Virus record (IMG/VR): IMGVR_UViG_3300049215_000771 | Coordinates: 124,001-188,000 of that record | Reading direction: 5' to 3' (one strand) | DNA: 64,000 bases | Shown: positions 1 to 8,720 of the stretch, piece after piece | Layout of the letters: each line of letters opens with the position of its first letter | How positions within the stretch are numbered: position 1 is the first letter of the stretch | The notes under the pieces: model-generated | Seen by the model: the letters and a program-made list of their open reading frames with translations, nothing else | Told to the model about the DNA's origin: nothing | Database searches by the model: none | Translations under genes and position numbers: made by a program

Positions 1-243
1 GAAGGAAAATTTCGGTTCTTCAATAACCAGGCTGCCTGGAGCGCCGGCCAACTCGAACGTGAGATTGAAGCGGGAGCGTGGGATGTAGTGGAAGCCGACA
101 TTGAGGCTGTCTTCGACCCGGCCAAGGCCGACAAAATCTGGTCTGAAAAATACAACTATCAGGCCAAAGATTTCATCAAGGACATGCTTCAAAATGACGA
201 CGACCTGCCCCCGTTCCGAATGCCGGAACCTTCTGACAATTGA
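1..243 (+). CDS. YqgE/AlgH (DUF179) family protein, C-terminal part (5' truncated by the window)
   Basis: Frame 1 translates to ...FRFFNNQAAWSAGQLEREIEAGAWDVVEAD..., matching the W-x-x-G-Q-L-E-x-E-x4-W motif of YqgE/AlgH; TGA at 241-243. Confidence 0.75.
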   Translation, partial: EGKFRFFNNQAAWSAGQLEREIEAGAWDVVEADIEAVFDPAKADKIWSEKYNYQAKDFIKDMLQNDDDLPPFRMPEPSDN

Positions 244-251
244 GGCGACCG

Positions 252-491
252 ATGACGATTGCTGAACTGGCTGATGCCTTGACTCGTCCGACCCTGCTGC
301 ATGAAATTTTGGGCGAGTACGAGGGCGACTTCTCGATTGGTGTGGCCGGTACTGTGGCGCAGCCGGCCATTTCTTTGCGTGTCCAGACAGGGAAACATTC
401 TTTCCCTGAAAGTGTGGAAATTGATGGTGAGATTTTCCCACTTCACGTTGAGGAAGGATTTGTCTCACCAACACCATTGGGGAAGTCATGA
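252..491 (+). CDS. hypothetical protein
   Basis: ORF coupled to neighbours; no recognisable motif. Confidence 0.6.
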   Translation: MTIAELADALTRPTLLHEILGEYEGDFSIGVAGTVAQPAISLRVQTGKHSFPESVEIDGEIFPLHVEEGFVSPTPLGKS

Positions 492-1606
492 GTCACGACA
501 CCATCATCAAGAATTTTGCCGAACAAAAGGTCAACAGCCGCCGCAAGGAAGTTGCCTGGGGCAGCGGCAACGTCTTCTGTGAAGATGGCTTGATCTACAG
601 CTACGGGACGCATTTCCCGATGGCGAAGTTTCTTGGCCAACAGAAGGGCGAAAACTTCTTCATCAAGAACGGCGACAAGTACAGTTGCAGCACGGCCAGC
701 CACCAAAGCAGTGTCCAACACGCCTGCAAGGGACCGACTGTTTCCCGTACTGCTATCGCCGCAGCCGGCTTCAGTTTCTTCGATCTGACGCTGGACGACA
801 TCGTGTGCTACCGCCCGGACTACACGCATCATTGCTACTACGACCGGGACACGAAACGATATTTCGAGGAGCGCCATTACCGCCGTGGTGAAGGCTGGAG
901 CAGCGACGACGCTCCCCGCACCGACAGTGAAGATGAGTTCTACGTCGGCGCTCTGGAAGGTGAACTGGTTGACGACCCCTGGACGCCGCCGAAGCAGGGC
1001 ATGTTCATCTCACACTACCGCCGTGAGGGGGACGCCAAGGAGCGTATCGTCAGCGGCTACTGGCACATCCTTGGGGCCGTCGTGTTGAGGAAACGACTCT
1101 ATCCGAACGGCAAGCCCCCGGAAGTCGAGCAACACTACCTTTGTTCCCTGGATGAAGGAAGCTACTTCGTTTCGCAACTTCCCATTCAGGTCAAAACTGT
1201 CGAGCAAGCCTTCAGGTGCCTCAAGCCGAAGGCTGTGCTGGCTGCCGAACGGAAGGGGATCGAAGTCAAGCGTCAGGGCGAATGGTTCTTCGTGCCGACT
1301 GGACTGAACAACACTGCAATGGCGAAGCTGGTCGGTTGCACCATCACCCAATTGAAGGCCAAGGCGTCGGAAAGTCCGCTGCCCCGGCCCACCAACCAGA
1401 ACAGCAACCTGCATATGTGTCGTCAGGTCACTGTCGGCGATGCCTTATACGCCAGGGGCAACGTCTACCACCGTTGGGCTTCGCAGATCGGTGGAAAGTT
1501 TCATTCCACCGGCCAGCACAAGACCATTCACTTGGGCGATGAGTGGCATACCGTTCATCGCAATACCGAAGTGGCAGCGTGGAGTCAGGGCGGGAGTTTC
1601 GACTGA
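488..1606 (+). CDS. hypothetical phage protein (372 aa)
   Basis: Long ORF, ATGA overlap with the upstream gene; no motif assigned. Confidence 0.8.
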   Translation: MSHDTIIKNFAEQKVNSRRKEVAWGSGNVFCEDGLIYSYGTHFPMAKFLGQQKGENFFIKNGDKYSCSTASHQSSVQHACKGPTVSRTAIAAAGFSFFDLTLDDIVCYRPDYTHHCYYDRDTKRYFEERHYRRGEGWSSDDAPRTDSEDEFYVGALEGELVDDPWTPPKQGMFISHYRREGDAKERIVSGYWHILGAVVLRKRLYPNGKPPEVEQHYLCSLDEGSYFVSQLPIQVKTVEQAFRCLKPKAVLAAERKGIEVKRQGEWFFVPTGLNNTAMAKLVGCTITQLKAKASESPLPRPTNQNSNLHMCRQVTVGDALYARGNVYHRWASQIGGKFHSTGQHKTIHLGDEWHTVHRNTEVAAWSQGGSFD

Positions 1607-1615
1607 GAGGGAGCG

Positions 1616-2836
1616 ATGAAGAAGGTTCTCGCATTACTGACCATGTTGATCTTGCCCGCCGTCACCTTGGCAGGGCAATTGACGCAGGATCAGGTTGATA
1701 GCCTGAAGGTCTACCAGGCCGGGATCAGGTCCATCAACCAACTTCAAAGTGATGGCCTGCTCAATGAAGAGCAGGCCAATCACTATCGTCAGGAACACCT
1801 GCAACTGGCCGGCGTGATCGCCAAACAGCCTGTGCCTTCGACCGATGTGTTGGATGAACTGATCCACCAGAACGATACCAGTCGGTTTTGGGGATTTTTT
1901 ACCTTCATCAACATCATGAAGGTGTTCGCTGGTATTTTGTTGGCAATTGCCATCACCTGGCTGTTCGTGATCTACATCGGCCCGATCCTGGTGAAGATGC
2001 CGATTAGTTTTTGGGAATTTGCCGCCTACATCTTCGTGTTGGCGGGCTTGTTCTCCGGGGCATTGTGGCCGGTGCTGGGCATCTGGCTCGTGTTTCCTGC
2101 TTGCCTCCTGCTGATTGGCGCACTGAGCCTGACAAAATTCTTGCACTTTGAGAAGTCTCACAACAAGGATGCCGCTGGCCTCAAGGCTGGCAAGCATATT
2201 GTCTGGTTCAGCTTCACGCAGTTTATCGCCGCAGCTTGTACCGTTGTGTGGGGCACAGCGGCGTTGTACTACGAAAGCTACTTGATTGGCTTCATGACCG
2301 TGGTGGCGTTGGACGCATTGTTGGGATTTTCCGTTCTGGTCATGCCAGGCTGTGTTGGCATCGGCTTCGAGGAAGATGACGCTGTGCCGAGGGCTACACT
2401 CGCTTCCTTCATCATCCTGGTTGTCTACATGCTGACAACCATCACGGGCGGATTCAACCCGACTTCGGGTGAAGTTTCGCCGCTGATCTACTTCAGAACA
2501 GGGGCAATCTTCATGGGGGCGTTTGTTTACTACCTGGGCTTGTTGATTCTGGCCAGCCGGTATTACAACGCCAAGCGTGGCAACTACATCTTGCTGCAAA
2601 TTCTCACCATCGTTTCCGGTGTGGCCGCTTTCTATTTTGGGGCGACCTTCGGCATCAATACCCTGTTGGGTATCGGCGGTACTTTCTTCGTGTTGTATCT
2701 TCTGGAGAAGTACACTGAACTGCCCTGGAGTGATATTGGTTGGGCCTGGGCGCTCCTGGGGGTTTCTGCCCTGCTGTATGGGGCGGGCTGGGTAGCGACT
2801 CAGTACCCGGAATACTTCTTGTTGGGATTGAAATGA
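1616..2836 (+). CDS. polytopic membrane protein with signal peptide (406 aa)
   Basis: GGGAG SD; N-terminal signal-like segment and about 10-12 hydrophobic helices. Confidence 0.8.
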   Translation: MKKVLALLTMLILPAVTLAGQLTQDQVDSLKVYQAGIRSINQLQSDGLLNEEQANHYRQEHLQLAGVIAKQPVPSTDVLDELIHQNDTSRFWGFFTFINIMKVFAGILLAIAITWLFVIYIGPILVKMPISFWEFAAYIFVLAGLFSGALWPVLGIWLVFPACLLLIGALSLTKFLHFEKSHNKDAAGLKAGKHIVWFSFTQFIAAACTVVWGTAALYYESYLIGFMTVVALDALLGFSVLVMPGCVGIGFEEDDAVPRATLASFIILVVYMLTTITGGFNPTSGEVSPLIYFRTGAIFMGAFVYYLGLLILASRYYNAKRGNYILLQILTIVSGVAAFYFGATFGINTLLGIGGTFFVLYLLEKYTELPWSDIGWAWALLGVSALLYGAGWVATQYPEYFLLGLK

Positions 2837-3036
2837 CCGATCTCGAACAAATCATCAGCATTTTGGACCGTGCCAAGCAGCCGCATTTCCGATACACTGA
2901 GATCGGCGAGGGCGGTAGCTTCACGGTCCTGGTGCTGGATGACCACCGTGATGGCGGCAGGGAAGTCGCCCTGATGTATTTCGACCTTGACACGAAGATG
3001 TTCGTTGAGGCCGGCACCAGATGGCTCGACCCATAA
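2833..3036 (+). CDS. hypothetical protein
   Basis: ATGA-coupled start at 2833. Confidence 0.6.
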   Translation: MTDLEQIISILDRAKQPHFRYTEIGEGGSFTVLVLDDHRDGGREVALMYFDLDTKMFVEAGTRWLDP

Positions 3037-3046
3037 GGAGACTGCG

Positions 3047-3241
3047 ATGCTGTTGAAGAATACTGCGATTGGCGATGTTGAAGTTCAAGATGGCGACGAG
3101 AAGGAAGCCAGAGCCTTCATCGAAAGCCTGGCGGCACGAGGCCAGATCGCTATCGAGGGCCAGGAAGAAGGACGCCACACTACCCACAAGATCGTGGTGG
3201 AAGATGGCGTCCGCAAGCTGGAGAGAGTGAGGTTCTTCTGA
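3047..3241 (+). CDS. hypothetical protein
   Basis: AAGGAG SD before ATG 3047. Confidence 0.7.
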   Translation: MLLKNTAIGDVEVQDGDEKEARAFIESLAARGQIAIEGQEEGRHTTHKIVVEDGVRKLERVRFF

Positions 3242-3537
3242 TGAAGATGATTTCTGAGCGAACCTACAAGTTCTTCCGTGAACAGTACGAACGGGTCGTT
3301 CACGACTGGTTTGACGACCCGGATGACCAGTTCACGGGCTGGACCCACGCCGATCTGTTGGATTGGTGGGAAACCCTTCAGGTTGCTGCCAAAGACCTGG
3401 ACCTGGACTTCTGGAAGATGGTCCGGGACGAAGAAGCGGCGGATTGCACCGAGTACGAGATCAACCGTGTCAAGGCCATGCTGAAGAAAGCGGGCCACCC
3501 GGAGTACATCAACTATGAGCCTGACCCCGATCAGTGA
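3241..3537 (+). CDS. hypothetical protein
   Basis: TGATG-coupled ORF. Confidence 0.7.
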   Translation: MKMISERTYKFFREQYERVVHDWFDDPDDQFTGWTHADLLDWWETLQVAAKDLDLDFWKMVRDEEAADCTEYEINRVKAMLKKAGHPEYINYEPDPDQ

Positions 3538-3877
3538 AGCCGAGGCCCGCCGCCTCATTATCAGTGGGACGGCGGGCTACTGGTCCATTCATCCTCGCTC
3601 GGTTCCTGTGCCGAACGAACATCAAACGATTTTACGGTTGCAGGGCCAGTTGTTCATTGTTCCTGCTTCTCGTTTGGAAGTTGCTTTCGCCGGCGCTCTT
3701 GGCGAAATTGGTGGACGGCAGAAAGGTGCTTTCTACATTAAGTGCAGTGATGAAGAAATCACCGCCCTCGCCAAGCAGGAAATGGAAACAAAAAGTGCCT
3801 ACCACGATGGCGTGATGTATCATTGCCCGGAGAAACAACAAGAACCGCCTGAGAAGTTTTTTCTGTTCGAGGACTGA
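3515..3877 (+). CDS. hypothetical protein
   Basis: ORF in operon. Confidence 0.65.
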   Translation: MSLTPISEAEARRLIISGTAGYWSIHPRSVPVPNEHQTILRLQGQLFIVPASRLEVAFAGALGEIGGRQKGAFYIKCSDEEITALAKQEMETKSAYHDGVMYHCPEKQQEPPEKFFLFED

Positions 3878-3878
3878 T

Positions 3879-4214
3879 ATGGAAGAAGAACAAGAACGGG
3901 CGTTGCTTTGCCTCCGTTGCGAGGATATGCCCGAACCGAATACGGACGGAACACTGAAGAATAAGTGTTCCGAATGCGGGGCTGCAATATGGGTCAGCGC
4001 CGCCGGCCAGAAGTTGATGGCCGATGGCGTCAAGCCCATCTGCAATCGCTGCGCTGAACCCGTTGTGAACGACGGCGAAACGAAGATGGAAGTGCCCGCC
4101 GAAGTCTTGAAGGAGATGTTCCAGCAAGTCGTTGTTGATGCTGGACGACACGGCGCAAAGCCCAAAGACATTTTCCGCATGGTCAAGGAAATTTACGAAC
4201 TTCCCAGGAAGTAG
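3879..4214 (+). CDS. putative zinc-binding protein
   Basis: Three CxxC pairs (CLRC, CSEC, CNRC). Confidence 0.65.
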   Translation: MEEEQERALLCLRCEDMPEPNTDGTLKNKCSECGAAIWVSAAGQKLMADGVKPICNRCAEPVVNDGETKMEVPAEVLKEMFQQVVVDAGRHGAKPKDIFRMVKEIYELPRK

Positions 4215-4222
4215 ACGGTCTT
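4197..4222 (+). promoter_or_regulatory. class-II promoter (GAACT-N16-GTCTT)
   Basis: Matches the ten-copy GAAC-N-GTCTT motif; 20 nt upstream of ORF 4242. Confidence 0.65.
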
Positions 4223-4241
4223 CCTTGCAGGAGGAAATACC

Positions 4242-4613
4242 ATGCAAGACTACCTGCAAGATCGTGTTGAAACGCTGCAATCCCTGTCCGGCCTTCGAGT
4301 TACGGTGAGGGAAGAGAAGGGACAAAACGTCTTCGAGTTTTTCCACGGCAAGGAATCCGTGAAAACTTGCTTCACCTACGACAAGGCCAAACTGTTCGCT
4401 GAGGGCATCGAATTCGTCCACCGGGTCAAATTCACGCAGGAAACCCTGTTCGTGAATATGCCGCTCCGGGAGCTTGGTTATGTCTTCGAGTTGCCGACCT
4501 TCATCTACATGAGCCGGGATTCGGCGGCGCAAGATTTACTCAAGGGCGAGGAAACGCTGACGTTGGCTGAAGCCGTTGCCCGTGTGATTTTATCTCACAG
4601 GCAAGATGCCTAG
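4242..4613 (+). CDS. hypothetical protein
   Basis: AGGAGG SD. Confidence 0.75.
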   Translation: MQDYLQDRVETLQSLSGLRVTVREEKGQNVFEFFHGKESVKTCFTYDKAKLFAEGIEFVHRVKFTQETLFVNMPLRELGYVFELPTFIYMSRDSAAQDLLKGEETLTLAEAVARVILSHRQDA

Positions 4614-4643
4614 TTTACAAAGCTGGGCGGCTCGTGGTATAAT
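4614..4643 (+). promoter_or_regulatory. sigma70-type promoter
   Basis: TTTACA-N18-TATAAT with extended TG. Confidence 0.75.
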
Positions 4644-4667
4644 CGGGCAGCCCGATAGGAGAATGGG

Positions 4668-5183
4668 ATGGCCCGGCACTACCTACCCTCGCTGAAGGAC
4701 ACCAAGGCTATCGCCCCTATGGGTGAGAAGCTGGCGGATATTTTCTTGAAGAGCGCCCTGATGGAACGACATCACGGCTTTCAGGAATGGACCACCAACG
4801 ACGCCAAAGAAATGGGGCCAGGCGCTCTGTTATTGTGGCGTCGAATGGCGATTTTTGGCGGGCATAACCCTGCCAAAGTCAGCATCGGTGCTGCCTTCGT
4901 TGTCGTAATGCAGATCGAGGTTCCTGGTGATGCTGTCCTGTGGGCTTTCACGCTCAACAGGTTGTGGAACCAGGGTGGGCCGGTTGATCTGGAAGCCTTG
5001 GCGACCGCTTTTCCTGATGGTTTCCCCACCGAGCGGGGTAAGGAAGAAATTTGGGACGCTCAGAAGTGTTCCGATTGGGGTGAAGAGCCAAGTAACGACA
5101 ATATGCTGGATCACCCCGAATTTTTGACCGATACGGAAAACTTCATCGAGAAGAAGGAATGGTGCAAATGGCTGGTAACTTGA
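4668..5183 (+). CDS. hypothetical protein
   Basis: AGGAG SD, follows promoter. Confidence 0.75.
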   Translation: MARHYLPSLKDTKAIAPMGEKLADIFLKSALMERHHGFQEWTTNDAKEMGPGALLLWRRMAIFGGHNPAKVSIGAAFVVVMQIEVPGDAVLWAFTLNRLWNQGGPVDLEALATAFPDGFPTERGKEEIWDAQKCSDWGEEPSNDNMLDHPEFLTDTENFIEKKEWCKWLVT

Positions 5184-5482
5184 CACACGCAACGGGAGAA
5201 ACTTTCAAGGCCGAGGTTTTGGACTCGGCTGAACCCGTCCTGGTTGATTTTTACGCCGACTGGTGTGGTCCTTGTCGGGCGCTCACTCCGACCCTGCAAG
5301 AACTTTCTGTCGAGGGCGTCAAGGTCGTGAAGGTGGACGCCGAGCAGGAGCGGGAATTGTGCAGCGAGTACGGTGTTAGCGCCCTGCCGACGCTGCTTGT
5401 GGTAAAGGGCGGCGAAGTAAAGGCGAAACTGGTCGGCCTCCAAAACAAGGCCCGGCTGGTGGAAGCCCTCAGTTTGGGATAA
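5168..5482 (+). CDS. trxA: thioredoxin
   Basis: VLVDFYADWCGPC active site, cis-Pro motif (ALPT), about 104 aa. Confidence 0.95.
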   Translation: MAGNLTHATGETFKAEVLDSAEPVLVDFYADWCGPCRALTPTLQELSVEGVKVVKVDAEQERELCSEYGVSALPTLLVVKGGEVKAKLVGLQNKARLVEALSLG

Positions 5483-5484
5483 CC

Positions 5485-5751
5485 ATGACCGATTTTTGGG
5501 ACGTACACGGCGTCTGGTTCATCATCTTCATGTGTTTCTTCCCCCGGCTGACCATGCTGTTTGCAACAGCCGGGGGCGGCGGCTTCTTCTACTGGTTGGG
5601 TTGGTTGTTCGCTCCGAGGCTTACCGTTGCTATTTTGGCAACGTACTTCTACGGACATACCAACACCGTCCTCGTTGTCTTCACCTGGCTTTGGGCTTTT
5701 GCCGGTGAAAGCACGGAAAAAACTGTTGTCAAGAAGGGGACCGTGGGATGA
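5485..5751 (+). CDS. small membrane protein
   Basis: Three hydrophobic segments. Confidence 0.7.
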   Translation: MTDFWDVHGVWFIIFMCFFPRLTMLFATAGGGGFFYWLGWLFAPRLTVAILATYFYGHTNTVLVVFTWLWAFAGESTEKTVVKKGTVG

Positions 5752-6005
5752 AACTCATCTACGTTTATACCGACGAACACGGGCGAGAGCGTGGCTTCGT
5801 CAACGAGAACGACGCCAGCCTCGCCAGGGGTTATGGCTCTGGTCTTGACCGACCTCCTGTTCGTGAGATCAAGGTGTTCGAGAACTACGGCGAATTTGCC
5901 GATGAACGCAACCAGGCCATTATCGACAATGCCCTCGCCAAACTGACGGCCCAGGAGAAGAAACTGCTGGGCTTGACGTTCCCGGAGAAGCCTGACGAAG
6001 AATAA
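5748..6005 (+). CDS. hypothetical protein
   Basis: ATGA-coupled ORF. Confidence 0.7.
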   Translation: MKLIYVYTDEHGRERGFVNENDASLARGYGSGLDRPPVREIKVFENYGEFADERNQAIIDNALAKLTAQEKKLLGLTFPEKPDEE

Positions 6006-6012
6006 CGTCTTG

Positions 6013-6310
6013 GTACGCAACTACTCGAACGTCGTCCCGCATGTAGGAGGCGGCGAGTGTGTACGGCCCAGGGCGGGAAGGAGTTGCAAATGCCTCGTGG
6101 ACCCCCGTAGGAACCAACAAGAACTTCATACTGAGGGGCATCTGATGGCTCTGTATTGCAATCGTGCCAGAGCCGCCCCATTTTCCGCATGACTGATTGA
6201 AGAAGGCTCTTGGTTCCAACCTGGAGGGCGTCATGCACGCACGAGAACCCCCGTAAGATCATACACCCATGCTGTGGGGCCAGGGACGGCTATCCCTGGC
6301 CCCTGTATTT
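6013..6310 (+). ncRNA. candidate structured ncRNA or cis-regulatory leader (about 300 nt)
   Basis: Gap without a credible ORF; several stems (6013-19/6058-64, 6031-36/6049-54, 6135-39/6175-79, 6147-52/6169-74, 6187-93/6230-36), an 8-bp long-range pair 6110-17/6210-17 and a terminal hairpin. Confidence 0.6.
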
Positions 6311-6311
6311 T
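6276..6311 (+). terminator. intrinsic terminator
   Basis: GGGGCCAGGGA-CGGCTA-TCCCTGGCCCC (11 bp) followed by TGTATTTTT. Confidence 0.75.
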
Positions 6312-6330
6312 TCACCTTCAGGAATTCAAC

Positions 6331-6624
6331 ATGGCTGAAATCATTGTCCGAGTCCATCATCACTGGAAAGACAACGAAGAAAGTTTGGTCAAGCGCATCG
6401 CCCGTGTCGTCTGCCATGACGATTCGATGTGTGAGCAGCAGAAAATGGGCTACAAGTGGGGGCTGAATACCAGCGGCAATGACTGGTGGGCCTCCGGGAT
6501 TGAGAAAAACGACAAACATTACTTCATCAAAGTGGCCTACCGTTACGGACACGGCGGGCGCAATGCCGCAATGATGGAGGCGCTGAAGATTTTCTTGGAG
6601 TGGGAACTTGGACCGCTCGAATAA
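6331..6624 (+). CDS. hypothetical protein
   Basis: AGGA SD before ATG 6331. Confidence 0.7.
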   Translation: MAEIIVRVHHHWKDNEESLVKRIARVVCHDDSMCEQQKMGYKWGLNTSGNDWWASGIEKNDKHYFIKVAYRYGHGGRNAAMMEALKIFLEWELGPLE

Positions 6625-7078
6625 CTTCTGGTTCGTGTACTACCGGAACGTCAACCTCATCAGCATAGATGAGATTACGAACGGCCTGGTGTGGAAACGT
6701 GTGCCTGAACTTCCGCATGGTTTCCTCACCAGGGAGGATGCGCTTGGCTGGCTCGAACTGCTGGCGGACGATAAGTTGGTGGAAATTCCACAACGCACAA
6801 CAACCTGGAGTGGAAGCCGGTATTCTTACAAGAAACCGGAGGAACCAATCTATCGTTTCGCCAAGTTCCCTGCGTATTTCTACAAGGTATTTCCAGCCGG
6901 GATCATATACACCGAAGTATCCGCTCCCGACACAAATAGCCCTTGGAACGTCGGGGTGCTGCGAGAAATGGTTGGACACCCCAGGCCGGAAAGCATTCAC
7001 CCGCCCAGGCGGTCCAAACTCCGAATCGCAATTGATTCTCCCTTAGCCAGTTGTGGCGGCGGCATCGTGGAAATTTGA
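6608..7078 (+). CDS. hypothetical protein
   Basis: TTG start with GGAG SD; start uncertain. Confidence 0.55.
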   Translation: MDRSNNFWFVYYRNVNLISIDEITNGLVWKRVPELPHGFLTREDALGWLELLADDKLVEIPQRTTTWSGSRYSYKKPEEPIYRFAKFPAYFYKVFPAGIIYTEVSAPDTNSPWNVGVLREMVGHPRPESIHPPRRSKLRIAIDSPLASCGGGIVEI

Positions 7079-7096
7079 TGATTCTTGCCTAACTAC

Positions 7097-7125
7097 TTGA
7101 CAACCGCCAAAAACCGAAGTAGTAT
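7097..7125 (+). promoter_or_regulatory. sigma70-type promoter
   Basis: TTGACA-N17-TAGTAT. Confidence 0.8.
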
Positions 7126-7164
7126 AGGCGTGTGGAAACGAGAAACCTCAAACCGGAGAAAACC

Positions 7165-7512
7165 ATGAGTCACTAGGGCACGCAAACTGAGAGTCACGTC
7201 TACATCTTTGTCCGCAAGGACTTGCCCTTCGAGCAGATCGTCGTCCAGACGGCGCACGCCGGCATGGAGATGATTCGCCGGGGTTTCCTCCCCACCCATC
7301 TCGATCATCCGAATCTCGTGGTTGTTGGTATCGACCACGAAGACAAACTTCACCGCACCCTGCACAAAATCAAGCAGAGTGGCGTGGAGTGTATCCCCTT
7401 TATCGAACCCGACCGCAACGACGAACTGACTGCCTTCGCCACGGAGCCGATCCAGGGCGAGCGCCGGCATCTGTTCCGTCGCTACAACTGCCTCCGGGTT
7501 CCCTTCCTCTAG
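7165..7512 (+). CDS. Pth2-like peptidyl-tRNA hydrolase with in-frame TAG at codon 4
   Basis: VYIFVRKDL...QTAHA...LVVVG...FIEPDRNDELTAFATEP motifs of the Pth2 fold; GGAG SD and ATG 7165 in frame, TAG at 7174-7176. Confidence 0.8.
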
Positions 7513-7542
7513 GGGAAATCTACAACTAACCCAATCACCGAA

Positions 7543-7570
7543 GGACCGGCTGTTTCGACAGTCGCCGTCC
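7543..7570 (+). other. UUCG-capped hairpin in intergenic leader
   Basis: GGAC-CGGCTGT-TTCG-ACAGTCG-CC-GTCC; no U-tract. Confidence 0.5.
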
Positions 7571-7598
7571 CCGGAGATACTACGCATATGGAGCAACA

Positions 7599-8147
7599 AT
7601 GTCTGAATACAAGCCAATGAATGTACGGTCTGAAGAAGACTTCAACACTGAAGAGCGCAAACACGATGAATGGTGTCAGCAGCATTGGGACGAGAAGACT
7701 CGCCAGGGCCGGCTCGAATCCCACAAGCGAAGGGAGGAAAAACGACAAGAACTCCGTGAGAAGTTCCCATTCACCTGCATTGTGCAGGGCAGCTACCCGG
7801 AAGTGGACAACGCCAATAGTTGGTGCTGGGATCACTTCGGGCCTCGTGATGGAAAGTGTGAGTATGAACATACCAGCGAATACCCTGGGTGTCCGCTGGT
7901 GAGGGCAACAATGTACATCCAGGAGGGTTCGTACAAGGACAAGGAAGGTAACGAACACCACTGGAAGGAGAAAGCCTACAAGGAAGTGCCTGCCCACGAA
8001 CATGAAGGTGTGTGGGCGGAATACTGGCTGGGTAAAACCGGCTATGACTATGGCAACGCAGAGTTTTATTTCAAGAATGAGGCCGACAGGGACGCTTTTG
8101 TGAGCGCTGTTCCCGCCATCGGCTTCGGTGACAGGTACGACAACTAG
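7599..8147 (+). CDS. hypothetical protein
   Basis: GGAG SD. Confidence 0.75.
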   Translation: MSEYKPMNVRSEEDFNTEERKHDEWCQQHWDEKTRQGRLESHKRREEKRQELREKFPFTCIVQGSYPEVDNANSWCWDHFGPRDGKCEYEHTSEYPGCPLVRATMYIQEGSYKDKEGNEHHWKEKAYKEVPAHEHEGVWAEYWLGKTGYDYGNAEFYFKNEADRDAFVSAVPAIGFGDRYDN

Positions 8148-8162
8148 AAGGAGAAATGTCCA

Positions 8163-8666
8163 ATGAACGCAACTGTGAATGTCGGCACGCTGCTTCCCGC
8201 CAACGTGTTCCAAAGCCGGTGGGGTTTCCATCCGGTCAGCCGGGAGATCGACAAGAAACTTCGCTTCCTCAACACTGTTTATCAGCGTGCCCTTCGCATG
8301 GCGGCGACGTGGCGGCGATGGGAACGGAAGGCTCCGCACAACCGGGTCACTCGGCCCAAGGTGAAGGATTCGTCCGGCCAGGTGATTGGCTACGGTGAGC
8401 CGACGCCGTGGAACGAGCCGGCGATCTGCCCGATCTTCACCAGCAAGATCACCAAGAAGGTGCAGTGGCACCCGACGCTGGGCTACCACAAGGATGGGAT
8501 TGACTACACCTACGTCGAGACGCATGGTGAGGAAATCCTGGCGGCGGCTCGACAGGCTCGGACGCCTTGCCCGACCCCGGAGGCGGTTCGCCCGCTTTCG
8601 CTCACTGTTGAGGAAATCAACAGCCTCTACGACCGTGCTGTGGAGTGGATGGCGACCAGGAAGTAA
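8163..8666 (+). CDS. hypothetical protein
   Basis: AAGGAG SD. Confidence 0.75.
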   Translation: MNATVNVGTLLPANVFQSRWGFHPVSREIDKKLRFLNTVYQRALRMAATWRRWERKAPHNRVTRPKVKDSSGQVIGYGEPTPWNEPAICPIFTSKITKKVQWHPTLGYHKDGIDYTYVETHGEEILAAARQARTPCPTPEAVRPLSLTVEEINSLYDRAVEWMATRK

Positions 8667-8673
8667 CCTAAAC

Positions 8674-8713
8674 AAAATGGGCCACTTGACTTTTTGTTCA
8701 AGTGGCCCATTTT
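8674..8713. terminator. bidirectional terminator between convergent genes
   Basis: Perfect 16-bp inverted repeat AAAATGGGCCACTTGA / TCAAGTGGCCCATTTT. Confidence 0.8.
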
Positions 8714-8720
8714 AGTCAGG

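Noticed and set aside
6073-6260. Group I intron or cobalamin riboswitch assignment for the 6.0-6.3 kb RNA
   Set aside because: GCGGGAA/TTCCGCA resembles P4, but P7 (R/S) elements and an interrupted host gene are absent; the B12 box is only partially matched
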